64,000 nucleotides of DNA. Source: an uncultured Pelagibacteraceae bacterium (lineage in GTDB: Bacteria > Pseudomonadota > Alphaproteobacteria > Pelagibacterales > Pelagibacteraceae). The position numbers were made by a program, and so were the translations under genes. Shown one piece after another: positions 21,300 to 32,800 of the stretch. The stretch is from NCBI GenBank assembly GCA_902523095.1, contig CABYYE010000004.1, positions 426 through 64,425 on the forward strand. The letters run 5' to 3'. Below the pieces are notes generated by a model, which worked only from the letters and a program-made list of their open reading frames with translations, was not told the origin of the DNA and did not search any database. Position 1 is the stretch's first letter, and the number at the start of each line of letters is the position of its first letter.

Positions 21300-22267
21300 G
21301 TTTTTTTCCAATTTTTTATAAATTCTTTAAATGGTACTGCTGGATAACCCATCACTACCTGATTATCATCTATATCTTTAACTACTCCACTTCCACCACC
21401 AATTTTTACGTTATTGCCAATCTTTAAGTGTCCAGAAATACCTGCTTGACCTCCTATTGAAACGTAATTTCCAATAGTGGAGCTTCCTGCAAAACCTACT
21501 TGGCCCGCAATCATGCAATTTGATCCAATTTTTACGTTATGTGCAATATGCACTTGGTTATCTAAGTAAGTATTTTTTCCAATTTCCGTATCATCAACAG
21601 AACCTCTATCAATGGTACATCCTGATCCAATTTCCACGTAATCATCTATTTTTACACATCCAATATGTGGAAATTTAAAATTTTTTTCTTTTAAAGGTAT
21701 AAAACCAAAACCTTTGAGTCCAACTTTGCAACTATCCTGAATGACCACATTATTTCCAATCATAGTATTTTTTAATATTACTTGTGAACCTATAACACAA
21801 TCATTCCCTATAACTACGTCATGTTCAATTATTGTGTTAGATCCGATAATGCAGTTTTTACCAATTTTGACGTTTTTACCAATTAAAACATTATTTCCAA
21901 ATTTTACATTCTTATATCTAATTTTTGACCCTGTTTTTAAGGAAAAATCAGGATAATCTATGTCGGCTGTAGGGTAAATTTTTTTTAATATTTTTGCTAA
22001 TTCAAATAAAACATTTTTTACTATAATTGTTTTTACCGAATTAGAGAGAAATTTTTCTAATTTTTTAGTTGTAATACAATAAGATGCTTTAGTATTTTTG
22101 GCTTCATCTTTATACTTAATTGAGTCAAAAAATGTTAGATCAAATTTTTTTGACTTTTTCAGAGTTTGAATATTATCAATCTTTAATTTTTTCTCTAATT
22201 TTAGTTTAGGAAAAAAATCATTTAAAAAATATGTTTTATTTTTTTTAAAAAAAAATATCGTTTTCAT
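21296..22267 (-). CDS. lpxD: UDP-3-O-acylglucosamine N-acyltransferase
   Basis: GFGF, IDRG, DNQVHIAHNV, GHL, GYPA; hexapeptide repeats. Confidence 0.95.
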   Translation of the reverse strand: MKTIFFFKKNKTYFLNDFFPKLKLEKKLKIDNIQTLKKSKKFDLTFFDSIKYKDEAKNTKASYCITTKKLEKFLSNSVKTIIVKNVLFELAKILKKIYPTADIDYPDFSLKTGSKIRYKNVKFGNNVLIGKNVKIGKNCIIGSNTIIEHDVVIGNDCVIGSQVILKNTMIGNNVVIQDSCKVGLKGFGFIPLKEKNFKFPHIGCVKIDDYVEIGSGCTIDRGSVDDTEIGKNTYLDNQVHIAHNVKIGSNCMIAGQVGFAGSSTIGNYVSIGGQAGISGHLKIGNNVKIGGGSGVVKDIDDNQVVMGYPAVPFKEFIKNWKKT

Positions 22268-22275
22268 TAAACTAT

Positions 22276-22800
22276 CTAGTTTAATTTAATAGATTTAAGT
22301 TTTGTATTTAAAATATCTAAAATATCCTTCGTAATATCTAAATTTTCATCGGCTAATAACAAGCTTTTTTTATCCAGTACCAATCTAATTTTTTTCTCTT
22401 TCATATATTCTTTAATAATTGGATTTAAATTTTTTAATAACTCAGACTTCGCTTTTGATCTTTGTTCTGCTACATCGCTTAATAATTTATTTCTTTCTTC
22501 TTGTAATTTTGAAACTTTAGATCTTAGATCTACGACCTTTTTTTTGTACTCTTCAGCTGAAGTAACTTTCTTTTGTTTAATTATTTCTTTTTCTTGATTT
22601 TGAAGTTCTTTTTCTTTTACTTTCAACTTTTTTATGCCGTTGTTTAATTTATTCTTTAAAAAATTTTGTGCTCCTTTACCAGCGCTACTTTCGTTTAAAA
22701 TATATTTAAAGTCTAAATAATATGCATTGTCAGCAAATACATTAGTCTGAAAAAACAATACGGTTAAAACAATATAAAATGTTTTTTTAAAATATTTCAT
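22276..22800 (-). CDS. skp: OmpH/Skp periplasmic chaperone
   Basis: Signal peptide, long coiled coil, DIT..IL..LN; between bamA and lpxD. Confidence 0.85.
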   Translation of the reverse strand: MKYFKKTFYIVLTVLFFQTNVFADNAYYLDFKYILNESSAGKGAQNFLKNKLNNGIKKLKVKEKELQNQEKEIIKQKKVTSAEEYKKKVVDLRSKVSKLQEERNKLLSDVAEQRSKAKSELLKNLNPIIKEYMKEKKIRLVLDKKSLLLADENLDITKDILDILNTKLKSIKLN

Positions 22801-22801
22801 T

Positions 22802-25033
22802 TTAGAATGTAGTTCCTAAATTAAAATTAAAACTTTCTGTTTCATCTGTTGAAGCTTTTGAGAGGTTTGTTGAAAATACAAAAGTCATAGGTCCTAGAGG
22901 GGAAGTCCAGCTTGCTGCGACTCCTGTTGAAGACCTAATTTTATTACTATCATCAATAGTACTGTCATAATCGACACCCCATACATTACCAATATCAAAA
23001 AATAAACCTACGTCTGTTTTCGTGTCTTCAGGTAATAAATTTGGTAGATTTGCCTCAAAGTTAACGGCAGCAGCATAATTTCCACCTATGTGGTCAGATC
23101 CATCTATAGGTCCTATTTTACCCCTTTCAAAGCCTCTCAATCTACTAGAGCTTAAAACTGCACGTTTACTTAATCTAACATCGTCATCATTAAGTCCATT
23201 TACGGCTTTCAAATAAAATTTTCCTGCTCCAATCAAATTTTCATTAATTGTTTTATAAACACTCGTTGATACTAAATTTACCAATGCACCTTTGTCCGCA
23301 ACAATAGGAATTTCTTGACTAAATGATGTAACATAACCACTAGTTGGCATAAAGCTTCTATTTCTTTTATCAATTTTAAATCCATAAAAACCAGAAAAGT
23401 CATTAAATGTTCCGCTTTGTCTTTGTAGCGACGATGATGCTGTGTTATCAGTTTTTAAATCATCATAACTTACATTAAATCCTATATTAGCAAACACATC
23501 TTTATATTGTTCGAAGGTCGTACCGGCTCCAAAGCCTACTAAAGTATTTTCATAGCCTTGATTTGGTTTATCATTAGTAGTGCTGAAAACATTATAGTTT
23601 AAAGCGTTACCCAGTAAATCATAATTAGGATTAGTGTAATTTACTCTTCCTCTTAATGACTCATTGGTAAGTTCCAATTCAAAACCGATTTTCTTACCTT
23701 CGCCAAGCCAATTATTTTCTTGAATATTAAACGCTATACTTCCACCACTTGTACCTACTCCAGCTCCAGCTGCTATTTCACCTGTGGCCTTTTCCTCAAC
23801 ATTAATATCAATTATCTTTAAATTTTTATCACTACCTTCTGATGTATTAGCTTGAACTGACTGAAAAATGTTTCTGGACTTTAATTTAGCTACAGATTTA
23901 TCTAAACTCAAATTAGTAAATGGGTCTCCCTCATCTAATAAAAGTTCACTTCTTATTACATCTTCATTAGTGATGCTATTACCTAATACATTTATTCGTT
24001 CTACTAGTATTTTTTCTCCCTCGTAAATATTAAATTTTATGATAATAGAGTCATTTTCTTTTATTTCTTCAACATTGTGTTCTACAAACTGCATATTTTT
24101 TTCTTCTATTAACTCATCAATACTTTCAAGCAGTCTCTGAATTGCGAAAGGTGAATAATATGTTCCAATGTACTTTTTGTAATCTTTATTTAATGTAAAA
24201 AATATCTTTTTATCAAAAACTGGATCGACATTAGTTACGATCTTTTTAATTATATATCTTTTTCCAGCATCAATTGAAAAAGTTAATCCAACATCGCCTT
24301 GTTTATTAACTTCTGCAGAACTGGATGTCACCTTTACATCATAGTAGCCAAGTGATTTGTAATAATTCTGAAGTAATCTAAGATCTAAATTGTTTAAGTC
24401 TTGGCTGAACCTTGTGTTTCTAGATATAAATTTATAAAATTTGTATTCTTCACTAGCTATAATATCTCTTAATCTTTTCTCTTTTATTTTTTTGTCTCCT
24501 GTGAAATTTATTTTTTTAATTCTTGTAAGATCTCCTCTTTTAATATTTATGACTACGTCTACATTATTTTTATCTATTTCTCTAAACTTTGTTTCAACCT
24601 CAGCAAAATTATAGCCAACAGATGAATAAATTTTCTTTATCGTTTCAACATCTTTTTGTAAATCATTTTTAATGAATGAACCTTTAGATTTTGACCTAAT
24701 GGATTTTTTAATAGCTTCATTATATTTGTTGCTTTTTTCTCCTAAGATAATTAAATTATTAATGACAGGATATTCTTTTAATTTAACTGTTAGTTTTCCA
24801 TCTTGTAAATTTATTTGAACATCTTCAAAAAATTTAGTTGAATATAAATTTTTTAAAATATTATTAAGGTCTGACTCTTTATAATCTTTGTTTAAGCTGA
24901 TATTTCCATAAATTTTGATAGTTTCATCACTAATTCTTTTATTTCCTTCAATTGCTATATTTTTTACTATTTCGGCATTAAGTGCTGAAATATATATTGA
25001 TGAAATTAATATGGTTATTAACAAATTTCGCAT
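22802..25033 (-). CDS. bamA: Outer membrane protein assembly factor BamA
   Basis: POTRA repeats (GN.RI), LRGF loop, SPLGPM, terminal F. Confidence 0.96.
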   Translation of the reverse strand: MRNLLITILISSIYISALNAEIVKNIAIEGNKRISDETIKIYGNISLNKDYKESDLNNILKNLYSTKFFEDVQINLQDGKLTVKLKEYPVINNLIILGEKSNKYNEAIKKSIRSKSKGSFIKNDLQKDVETIKKIYSSVGYNFAEVETKFREIDKNNVDVVINIKRGDLTRIKKINFTGDKKIKEKRLRDIIASEEYKFYKFISRNTRFSQDLNNLDLRLLQNYYKSLGYYDVKVTSSSAEVNKQGDVGLTFSIDAGKRYIIKKIVTNVDPVFDKKIFFTLNKDYKKYIGTYYSPFAIQRLLESIDELIEEKNMQFVEHNVEEIKENDSIIIKFNIYEGEKILVERINVLGNSITNEDVIRSELLLDEGDPFTNLSLDKSVAKLKSRNIFQSVQANTSEGSDKNLKIIDINVEEKATGEIAAGAGVGTSGGSIAFNIQENNWLGEGKKIGFELELTNESLRGRVNYTNPNYDLLGNALNYNVFSTTNDKPNQGYENTLVGFGAGTTFEQYKDVFANIGFNVSYDDLKTDNTASSSLQRQSGTFNDFSGFYGFKIDKRNRSFMPTSGYVTSFSQEIPIVADKGALVNLVSTSVYKTINENLIGAGKFYLKAVNGLNDDDVRLSKRAVLSSSRLRGFERGKIGPIDGSDHIGGNYAAAVNFEANLPNLLPEDTKTDVGLFFDIGNVWGVDYDSTIDDSNKIRSSTGVAASWTSPLGPMTFVFSTNLSKASTDETESFNFNLGTTF

Positions 25034-25034
25034 T

Positions 25035-26210
25035 TTATTTTCTTATCAATTTATAAGTCATATTTCTGGACCATTGATCTATCTGAAAAATCTGACTTAT
25101 TTTATTAGGCTTCTTTATAGCATATTTTTTATAATTTCTATCCCTTAGAACTCTTTTCAAGTGGCTATAAAATGAGTTAAAAGGTATTTTTTTTCTCATA
25201 TACTGATCAACTAATATTTCATTAGCAGCATTTATAATAATCGGACTTGATTTATATTTTATTAAGTAATTTTTAATATTTATAACTGGATATCTTTTAG
25301 GATCAACTTTGAAAAAGTTTAAAGTATTAAAAAATAAAAATTTTTTATTTTTTGAATTGGTTTTAACAAAATCATTAATATCAATATCTTTATCAAAGAT
25401 TGCATTAGCAATTGGGATCAACATTGTGGTTTCATGATAAATAAACTTATGTAATCCATTTTTAAATTGTATTATTGCATGAACTAAAGACTCTGGATGT
25501 ATTACAATTTCTAATTTGTTAATGTTAACTGAAAATAATTTACTAGCCTCGATCAATTCAAGAATTTTATTCATTAATGTCGCCGAATCTACAGATATTT
25601 TTTTTCCCATTTTCCACTTAGGATGCTTTATAGCTTGTATTGGTTTAATATATTTTAATTTTTTTAAATTATAATTTAAAAAAGGACCTCCTGAAGCTGT
25701 AAGATAAATCTTTTTTATATTAGCTAATTTTTCATTCTCTAAAAGCTTCATTATTGAATAATGTTCAGAGTCAATAGGAATAATCTTTGTATTATTTATC
25801 TGTGCATTTTTTTTTATTAAGTTCCAGCCACAAATAATCGACTCTTTATTAGCAATTAAAACTTTCTTACTATTTTTAACGAATTCAATAGTTGGTTTTA
25901 AACCAGCTATTCCAGGTATTCCAGCTATTGTAAGATCTGACTTTTTAAAAATTCTACCCTCGTAATCAAAGTGATTAAATATTTTTACTTTATTATTTTT
26001 AAATTTTTCCTTTACTTTTTTAAATACTAAAAAGTTATTAATTATAAAAACTCTAGGTTTATAATTTTGAATCTGATTACAAATTAATTTATAATTTTTG
26101 TTAGCAATAAAGATATTATATTTAAATAAATTCTTTTTTTTCTCTAAAATTTTTAAAGTATTTATTCCAATTGAACCAGTAGACCCTAATATTGAAACAC
26201 TTTTTTTCAT
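25035..26210 (-). CDS. dxr: 1-deoxy-D-xylulose 5-phosphate reductoisomerase
   Basis: LGSTGSIG, ANKES, PIDSEH, TASGGPF, HPKWKMG.KISVDSAT, NAANE; start set to ATG 26210. Confidence 0.96.
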   Translation of the reverse strand: MKKSVSILGSTGSIGINTLKILEKKKNLFKYNIFIANKNYKLICNQIQNYKPRVFIINNFLVFKKVKEKFKNNKVKIFNHFDYEGRIFKKSDLTIAGIPGIAGLKPTIEFVKNSKKVLIANKESIICGWNLIKKNAQINNTKIIPIDSEHYSIMKLLENEKLANIKKIYLTASGGPFLNYNLKKLKYIKPIQAIKHPKWKMGKKISVDSATLMNKILELIEASKLFSVNINKLEIVIHPESLVHAIIQFKNGLHKFIYHETTMLIPIANAIFDKDIDINDFVKTNSKNKKFLFFNTLNFFKVDPKRYPVINIKNYLIKYKSSPIIINAANEILVDQYMRKKIPFNSFYSHLKRVLRDRNYKKYAIKKPNKISQIFQIDQWSRNMTYKLIRK

Positions 26211-26211
26211 T

Positions 26212-26877
26212 TTAATATATAATGTAAAGACTGAGAAAACCAAAAGGAATGCCTAGTAATATTCCATCAACTCTGTCTAAAATACCTCCATGGCCTGGTA
26301 AAAAATTACCAGTATCTTTCAAATTAGCTTTTCTTTTTAAAAAAGAAAAAAATAAATCACCTATTTGACATCCTATTGATACGACACAACCAATCAATAA
26401 AAATTTAATTTCTAGATTATTTGTAAAATAGTAAGTTGCAGTTGTAATTAGTATTGCTGAAAATAATAAAGAGCCTATCGAACCAGAAATTGTTTTATTA
26501 GGACTGATTTTTGTTAACTTAGGACCCTCAAAAATTTTTCCAACTATAAAACCTCCCATATCTGAAGCTACACATGTTGACAAAATAATAAAAACAAAAA
26601 TTTTTAAGCTAAAATTATAGGAAAATATTAGTAGTATACTGCAAAATATTGATACGAAGATTATGAATAATAAATTATAAAAAGTTTTTTTATAATTTTC
26701 CTTATTATAAATAATAGATGTTATTTTAAAAAATTCTAATAAACAAAAAACTCCACCAATAATTAAAAAATAACCAAGAATAAAGTTATCTAAAAACATC
26801 AAAAACAGAATTGTTAACAATATAATTGAAGTAAAAATTCTTTTTTTAAGATTTTTATTGGTTTTAAATAGCTCCAT
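26212..26877 (-). CDS. cdsA: Phosphatidate cytidylyltransferase
   Basis: ISPNKT..G, GDL..S.LKR....KD.G..LPGHGGILDRVD. Confidence 0.95.
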   Translation of the reverse strand: MELFKTNKNLKKRIFTSIILLTILFLMFLDNFILGYFLIIGGVFCLLEFFKITSIIYNKENYKKTFYNLLFIIFVSIFCSILLIFSYNFSLKIFVFIILSTCVASDMGGFIVGKIFEGPKLTKISPNKTISGSIGSLLFSAILITTATYYFTNNLEIKFLLIGCVVSIGCQIGDLFFSFLKRKANLKDTGNFLPGHGGILDRVDGILLGIPFGFLSLYIIY

Positions 26878-27532
26878 AATTTCTCTTTATACTTTTAAAA
26901 TTGCTAATTATTTTTTTATAATCAATATTAGTAAAATCTGGCCAAAGTTTATTTATAAAATAAATTTCTGTATAAGCAAGTTGCCATAACATAAAATTAC
27001 TTAATCTTTTATGGCCTCCAGTCCTAATTAGCACGTCTGGGTCTGGAATATTCTTAGTGTAAAGATTTTTCTCTAGAGAATTAATATTAATTTTATCTTT
27101 AATTTTCTTAATAGCTGAAATTATTTCATCTTTTGACCCATAATTAATTGCTAAATTTACTATAATTGTTTTGTTTTTTTTTGTCATTGTAGTAGCTCTT
27201 TGCAAATCTAACTTTATTTTTTTTGGCAATTTAGATATTTTACCAATTGCATTAATTTTAATTCCATTCGATATTACGGTATTTAATTCTCTCTTAAAAT
27301 AATTATTGATTAGCTTAAATAAAAAATTAATTTCAGTTTTTGGTCTTTTCCAATTTTCTGTAGAAAAAACGTAAAAAGTTACAATTGGAATTTTTAGTTT
27401 GATAGACTCTTTAACAATTTTTTTTACTGTTTCTACTCCGCTTAGATGACCAAAATTTCTGTTTTTTTTTCTTTTCTTTCCCCACCTTCCATTACCGTCC
27501 ATGATAAAGGCGACATGGTTTAATTTATTCAT
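26864..27532 (-). CDS. uppS: Undecaprenyl/polyprenyl diphosphate synthase
   Basis: HVAFIMDGNGRW, FSTENWKRP, IRTGG..RLSNF.LWQ. Confidence 0.96.
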   Translation of the reverse strand: MNKLNHVAFIMDGNGRWGKKRKKNRNFGHLSGVETVKKIVKESIKLKIPIVTFYVFSTENWKRPKTEINFLFKLINNYFKRELNTVISNGIKINAIGKISKLPKKIKLDLQRATTMTKKNKTIIVNLAINYGSKDEIISAIKKIKDKININSLEKNLYTKNIPDPDVLIRTGGHKRLSNFMLWQLAYTEIYFINKLWPDFTNIDYKKIISNFKSIKRNYGAI

Positions 27533-28089
27533 ACTTGAAGAATCTCTTTTTCCTTCTCAAGAATAATTTTGTCTATACTTTCTATATGAATATCAGTTTG
27601 TTTTTGTATATTTTTTTCAAATAATTTATTTTCATCTTCACTAATAATTTTGTCTTTAAGTTTTTTCTTTAATTCTTCATTAGCCTCTCTTCTTATATTC
27701 CTTATTGAAACTTTGCCTTTTTCTCCCATATTCTTTAAAACTTTAATCAGCTCTTTTCTTCTTTCTTCAGTGAGATCAGGAATTCTTAATCGAATAATTT
27801 GACCATCTATTTGGGGATTAATGCCTAGTTCAGATTTTTGAATAGCAGCATCGATTGAATTTATATTAGCTTTATCCCATACTTGTATTGATATTAATCT
27901 AGCTTCAGGAACGCTAATTGTAGCGAGTTGCTCGATTGGCATTAACTGACCATAGACATCAACTTTAATAGTATCCAACATGTTAGAATTTGCTCTACCA
28001 GTTCTTAGCGTCGAAATATCTTTTTTAAAAGAAAAAATACTTTTATCCATTTTTGATGAATAACTTTTTTCATTAAATATTGAACTCAT
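27529..28089 (-). CDS. frr: Ribosome recycling factor
   Basis: LRTGRAN, P.LTEERRKEL, IRNIRR. Confidence 0.96.
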   Translation of the reverse strand: MSSIFNEKSYSSKMDKSIFSFKKDISTLRTGRANSNMLDTIKVDVYGQLMPIEQLATISVPEARLISIQVWDKANINSIDAAIQKSELGINPQIDGQIIRLRIPDLTEERRKELIKVLKNMGEKGKVSIRNIRREANEELKKKLKDKIISEDENKLFEKNIQKQTDIHIESIDKIILEKEKEILQV

Positions 28090-28956
28090 TTAAATTCCTT
28101 CGCCAACTTTATATCTAAAAAAATCTAATATTTTTACTTCATTTTCAACTTTATTTTCATTTAATATATCAGATACTTTTTTTTTGGGGTCCATTATCCA
28201 AATTTGATTTAGTAAAGTATTATCATTCACAAATTTATTTATTTTTCCTTTAGAGATTTTTTCTGCCATTTCTGCAGGCTTTCCTGAATTGATTATTTCA
28301 GCTTTTATGATTTCTAATTCTTTTTCAATTATCTCTTTTTTAATGCCACTTTGGTCAACAGCTAAAGGGTTAGATGCTGCTATATGCATAGAAATTTTGT
28401 TTCCAAGTTCACTATTTTTTCCATCTACAATTCCCTCTAATTTAACAACAGAAATAATTTTTCCTATATCTTTCTCGGTTGAAGAATGAACATAATAAAA
28501 ATTTCTACCTTCTTTATTATCGAAATAATTTGCTCTTCTAATAATTATCTTTTCACCTATTTTTGCTATCAAATTTACTAAATTATCCTTCACAGTATTT
28601 CCATTGATCATCTTAGATTCATTAATCTTATTAAGATCACCTTTGTTTTTAAAACTTAAATTCGATAATTCTTTACAAAATTGTATAAAGTCTTTATTTT
28701 TTGCTACAAAGTCTGTTTCGCTATTAATTTCAATTACAGATATTTCACCCTGACTCTCTTTTACTAAAACTAATCCCTCAGAGGCGGTTCTATTCATTTT
28801 TTTTGAAGCTTTTGCAATACCTTTTTTTCTTAAAAATTCTATCGCTTTTTCAATGTCACTCCCACTCTCATCTAAAGCTAACTTACAATCTTTAAAACCA
28901 ACCCCAGTTATCTCTCTTAATTTTTTTATATTTTCAAGTAAGTCCTTATTAGACAT
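28090..28956 (-). CDS. tsf: Elongation factor Ts
   Basis: LRE.TG.G..DCK.AL, EINSETDFVA, MHIAA. Confidence 0.97.
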   Translation of the reverse strand: MSNKDLLENIKKLREITGVGFKDCKLALDESGSDIEKAIEFLRKKGIAKASKKMNRTASEGLVLVKESQGEISVIEINSETDFVAKNKDFIQFCKELSNLSFKNKGDLNKINESKMINGNTVKDNLVNLIAKIGEKIIIRRANYFDNKEGRNFYYVHSSTEKDIGKIISVVKLEGIVDGKNSELGNKISMHIAASNPLAVDQSGIKKEIIEKELEIIKAEIINSGKPAEMAEKISKGKINKFVNDNTLLNQIWIMDPKKKVSDILNENKVENEVKILDFFRYKVGEGI

Positions 28957-28972
28957 TGGATTATAAGATATA

Positions 28973-29722
28973 TTATTTTTTTTTATTATCAGCTTTTTTT
29001 TCTGATTTGGTTTCTTCTTTATTATCAGGAATTTTTATAAATTTTTCTGCATCCTTAATAGTATTCTTTAAAAGTTCACAGTAAAGATTAATTGACCGTC
29101 TTGCATCATCGTTACCAGGAATCGGAAAATCAATTCCAGTTGGATCTGAATTTGTATCAAGAATAGCTACTATTGGTATCTTAAGTTTTTTTGCTTCAGC
29201 TACTGCTAATGACTCCATATTTGTGTCGATAATAAAAATTAAATCAGGAGTTTTTTTCATTTCAGAGATACCTCCAAGAGATCTTTGTAATTTTTCTTTT
29301 TCTTTACTGAATTTTAAAATTTCTTTTTTTGTAAAACCAATATTTTCTTTTGAAAGTTGTTCATTAAGTTTTTTAAGTCTTTTAATAGAATTTTGTATTG
29401 TGTTCCAATTCGTAAGCATTCCGCCTAACCACCTATAGTTTACAAAAAATTGACCAGTTTCTTTTGCCAGATCACTAACTTGTTCAGATGCTTGTTTTTT
29501 TGTAGATACAATTAATATTTTTCCACCACCTGAAATAACTTTATGCACTTGCATAAGTGCATTTTTAAAAAACTCTACAGTTTGAGTTAGGTCAATTATA
29601 TGTATTGAATTTTTCTCACCAAAAATAAAGTTTTTCATTTTTGGATTCCACCTCAAGGTTTTGTGACCAAGGTGCACGCCAGCTTCTAATAATTGTTTAA
29701 TGTCTACTTTTGGTACTTTCAT
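28973..29722 (-). CDS. rpsB: 30S ribosomal protein S2
   Basis: [35 protein letters not shown]. Confidence 0.98.
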   Translation of the reverse strand: MKVPKVDIKQLLEAGVHLGHKTLRWNPKMKNFIFGEKNSIHIIDLTQTVEFFKNALMQVHKVISGGGKILIVSTKKQASEQVSDLAKETGQFFVNYRWLGGMLTNWNTIQNSIKRLKKLNEQLSKENIGFTKKEILKFSKEKEKLQRSLGGISEMKKTPDLIFIIDTNMESLAVAEAKKLKIPIVAILDTNSDPTGIDFPIPGNDDARRSINLYCELLKNTIKDAEKFIKIPDNKEETKSEKKADNKKK

Positions 29723-29800
29723 ATTTTTTCCGGTTAATCCACCACAGTAACTCCAAATTAATGGACCGGGAGGGCTGAGCCCTTTAAACTGTGTGCGAAA
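29723..29800 (-). ncRNA. rpsB 5' leader (S2 autoregulatory structured RNA, t44/rpsB-leader type)
   Basis: GC-rich island in an AT-rich gap. Minus strand: CACAGT..ACTGTG outer stem enclosing AGGGC-TCA-GCCCT and TCCA-TTAATT-TGGA hairpins, then GTGG..AACC before the ATG. Confidence 0.75.
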
Positions 29801-29841
29801 TTATTCTCAGGTATATACGACAATATTAAAAAATCAACAAT

Positions 29842-32800
29842 CTAAACTGTTATTTTCTTAACGTATTCCTTATTTTTTATTAATTTAAGCTGATTAAAGT
29901 CAAATTTACGATCATTTCCAAGGTCAAAAAGTACTTTTTTATTATTGTCGTGTATAATTAAACTCACTTTAGTGTTTCCTTTCTGTGAAAGAAGATTTTT
30001 TAACTCAATTAAATTACAATTCTCGGCTAGTTCAATAGTTACTTTGGAATAGGGTTTTTTTATTATTTCTTCTAAGTTACTTATTTTTTTTACGTTTATT
30101 CTTCTTTTTGAAATATCTAAAATTGTCCTATCCTTTTGCAAAGTCAAAACAAAAGACTCTGATTCTTTTATTGTATCTCTGTTGTTAATAAGTAATTCTG
30201 AAAATAAGAATAACTCAAACTCACCTTTATTATCACTAAATTTTATAATAGCAAATGGATTTCCTTTTACGCTTTTCTTTTCCTGTATGGACATAATTGT
30301 GCCAGCTACTAAAGCTTCGGCATCACTATTTTTTAAAAATTCATCATAACTAGTAATTTTTAATTGACTAAATATTTCTTTATAATCACTCAACGGATGA
30401 TCTGAAATATAAAAACCTAGTGATTTAAACTCCTCTAGTAACAGTTCTTTTTTAGTCCACTTTTTTGCTTTTTCGAACTCAAAGTTAAAATTAATGTTAT
30501 TTTCTGAAAAAAGACTTTTTTGATTACTTAACTTATCATCATTATTTTTCTTAATCTGCAATATCATCTTTGGTATAGAAACAATAATTTTATTTCTATC
30601 TATTTCAAGTTCATCAAATGCTCCTGATTTTACCAATCCTTCTAGTTGTAACTTATTTACATCTTTTGAGTCTATACGGTTGATGAAATCTGAAATGGAC
30701 TTAAAATTGCCATTAGTTTCTCTTTCTTTGATTAAGTTAGAGACTGCTTCAAATCCAACATTTTTAATTGCTCCTAATCCGTAATAAATTTTATTTTTCT
30801 CAGCTTTGAATTCAGCAAAGCATTGGTTTATTGAAGGTCTTATCAGTTCAATTTTTAGTCTTTTTAATTCTTCAACAAATTCTCTTAACTTAGAAGTATT
30901 GGTGAGTTCTGTTGACATTGTTGCAGCTATGAAATCTTCTTTGTAATGAGTTTTTAAATAAGCAGTTTGGTATGCGATAAGAGCATATGCTGCTGCGTGA
31001 CTTTTATTAAATCCGTATTGAGCGAAGGGTTCGATCTTTGTAAAAACAAAGTTTGCAACATCTTTTTTGATTCCATTTTTAATTGCACCATTTATAAATC
31101 TTTCTTTTTGTTTATCTAATTCTGCCTTCTTCTTTTTTCCCATGGCTCTACGAAGAATATCTGCTTCTCCCGCTGTGAAACCAGCTAAGATTTGCGCAAT
31201 TTGCATTACTTGTTCTTGATAAATTATTATTCCATAGGTTGGTTTTAAAATCTTTTCTAATGTAGGATGAATGTAATCAGGATTTTTTATACCATTCTTA
31301 CAGTCATTATAAATAGGTATGTTGCTCATTGGGCCTGGCCTATATAAGGCAACTAAAGCTATTATATCGTCGAATTTATTTGGTTTCATTTGTTTTATAG
31401 CTTCTCTCATTCCTGTGCTTTCTAGCTGAAACAACCCTACTGTCTCGCCTGTAGAGAGAAGGTTATAAACTTTTTCATCTTCAAGATTAATTTTGCTTAT
31501 ATCTAATTTCTTATTCTTTAGTCTTAGTCTTTTTAGAGTTTTATCTATTACCGTTAATGTCTTTAAACCGAGCAAATCAAATTTTACTAATCCTGCATTT
31601 TCTGAGGAATACATATCATACTGAGTTGAAGGTAAAATTAAATTTGAGCTTTGATCTTCATACAAAGGAAACTGTTCTGCCAATCTGTTACCAGCAATTA
31701 CTACGCCAGCAGCATGTGTGGCCATATTACGATTTAAACCTTCAAGTTTTAAAGAGAGATTGATTAATTTTTCAACTTTTTTATTATTTTTAATTTCTTC
31801 CTTAAATCTAGGTTCTCTATCTATTGATTCTTGGAGAGTTAAAGGTCTGGAGGGATCAAAAGGAATCATTTTACAAATTTTATCTACGTGGCCGTAAGAT
31901 AATCCAATAACTCTACCAACATCTCTTAGTGCCATTCTTGCTTTTAATTTTCCGAAAGTAATTATGTGTGCGACGCCATCTTGATATTTAGATTTTAAAT
32001 ACTCGAAGACTCTATCTCTTTGTTCCTCACAAAAATCTATATCAAAATCAGGCATTGAAATCCTATCTGGATTTAAAAATCTCTCAAAAATTAAGTCAAA
32101 TTCGATAGGGTCTAGATCAGTTATATCTAAGCAATAAGCAACTAAAGAACCCGCTCCTGATCCTCTTCCAGGTCCAACTGGTATAGAGTTTTTTTTTGCC
32201 CATTTTATATAATCAGATACAATTAGAAAATAACTAGAATAGTTCATTGAATTTATAATTTTAAGCTCATGAAATAATCTATCTTCATATACCTTTACTA
32301 TTTCATCAGTTGATTTTTTAAGTTTTTTTTTTAAAATGAAATTGCTAAGTCTTTCTTCCAATCCTTTTTTTGCTTGATTTTGAAGCTCTTCTTCTACAGT
32401 AATATTTTGCACATTTGATATAGATGGTAAAATTGGTTTTGATTTTTTTGGTTTATAATTAAATCTTAGTGGAAAATTAAAGTTGTTTTCTAGCGCCTCA
32501 GGAATATCGTTATATAATTTTTTTAACTCCTCACTTTTTTTTAAAAAATGCTGATCACTATAACGAAACCGATTTTGGTCATCTACAAAATTTTTTTCTC
32601 CTATACAAACTAAAGCATCGTGAGCTTCAAACATTTTAGGTTCAATATAAAATACTTCTTGTCCAGCGATTAGAGGAATATTAAGCGATGATGAAATCTT
32701 AAATAAATAATTTTCATAATTAGTTTCTTTCTTTTCATTATGTCTTTGAATTTCTAAGTAAAGCCTATTGTTGAATATTGAATTTAATTTAGTTATTATT

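Noticed and set aside
22239-22255. T8A9 homopolymer near the lpxD start as a phase-variation switch
   Set aside because: Similar A/T runs occur in many essential genes here (ftsB, trpE); expected at this composition, and the frame is intact.
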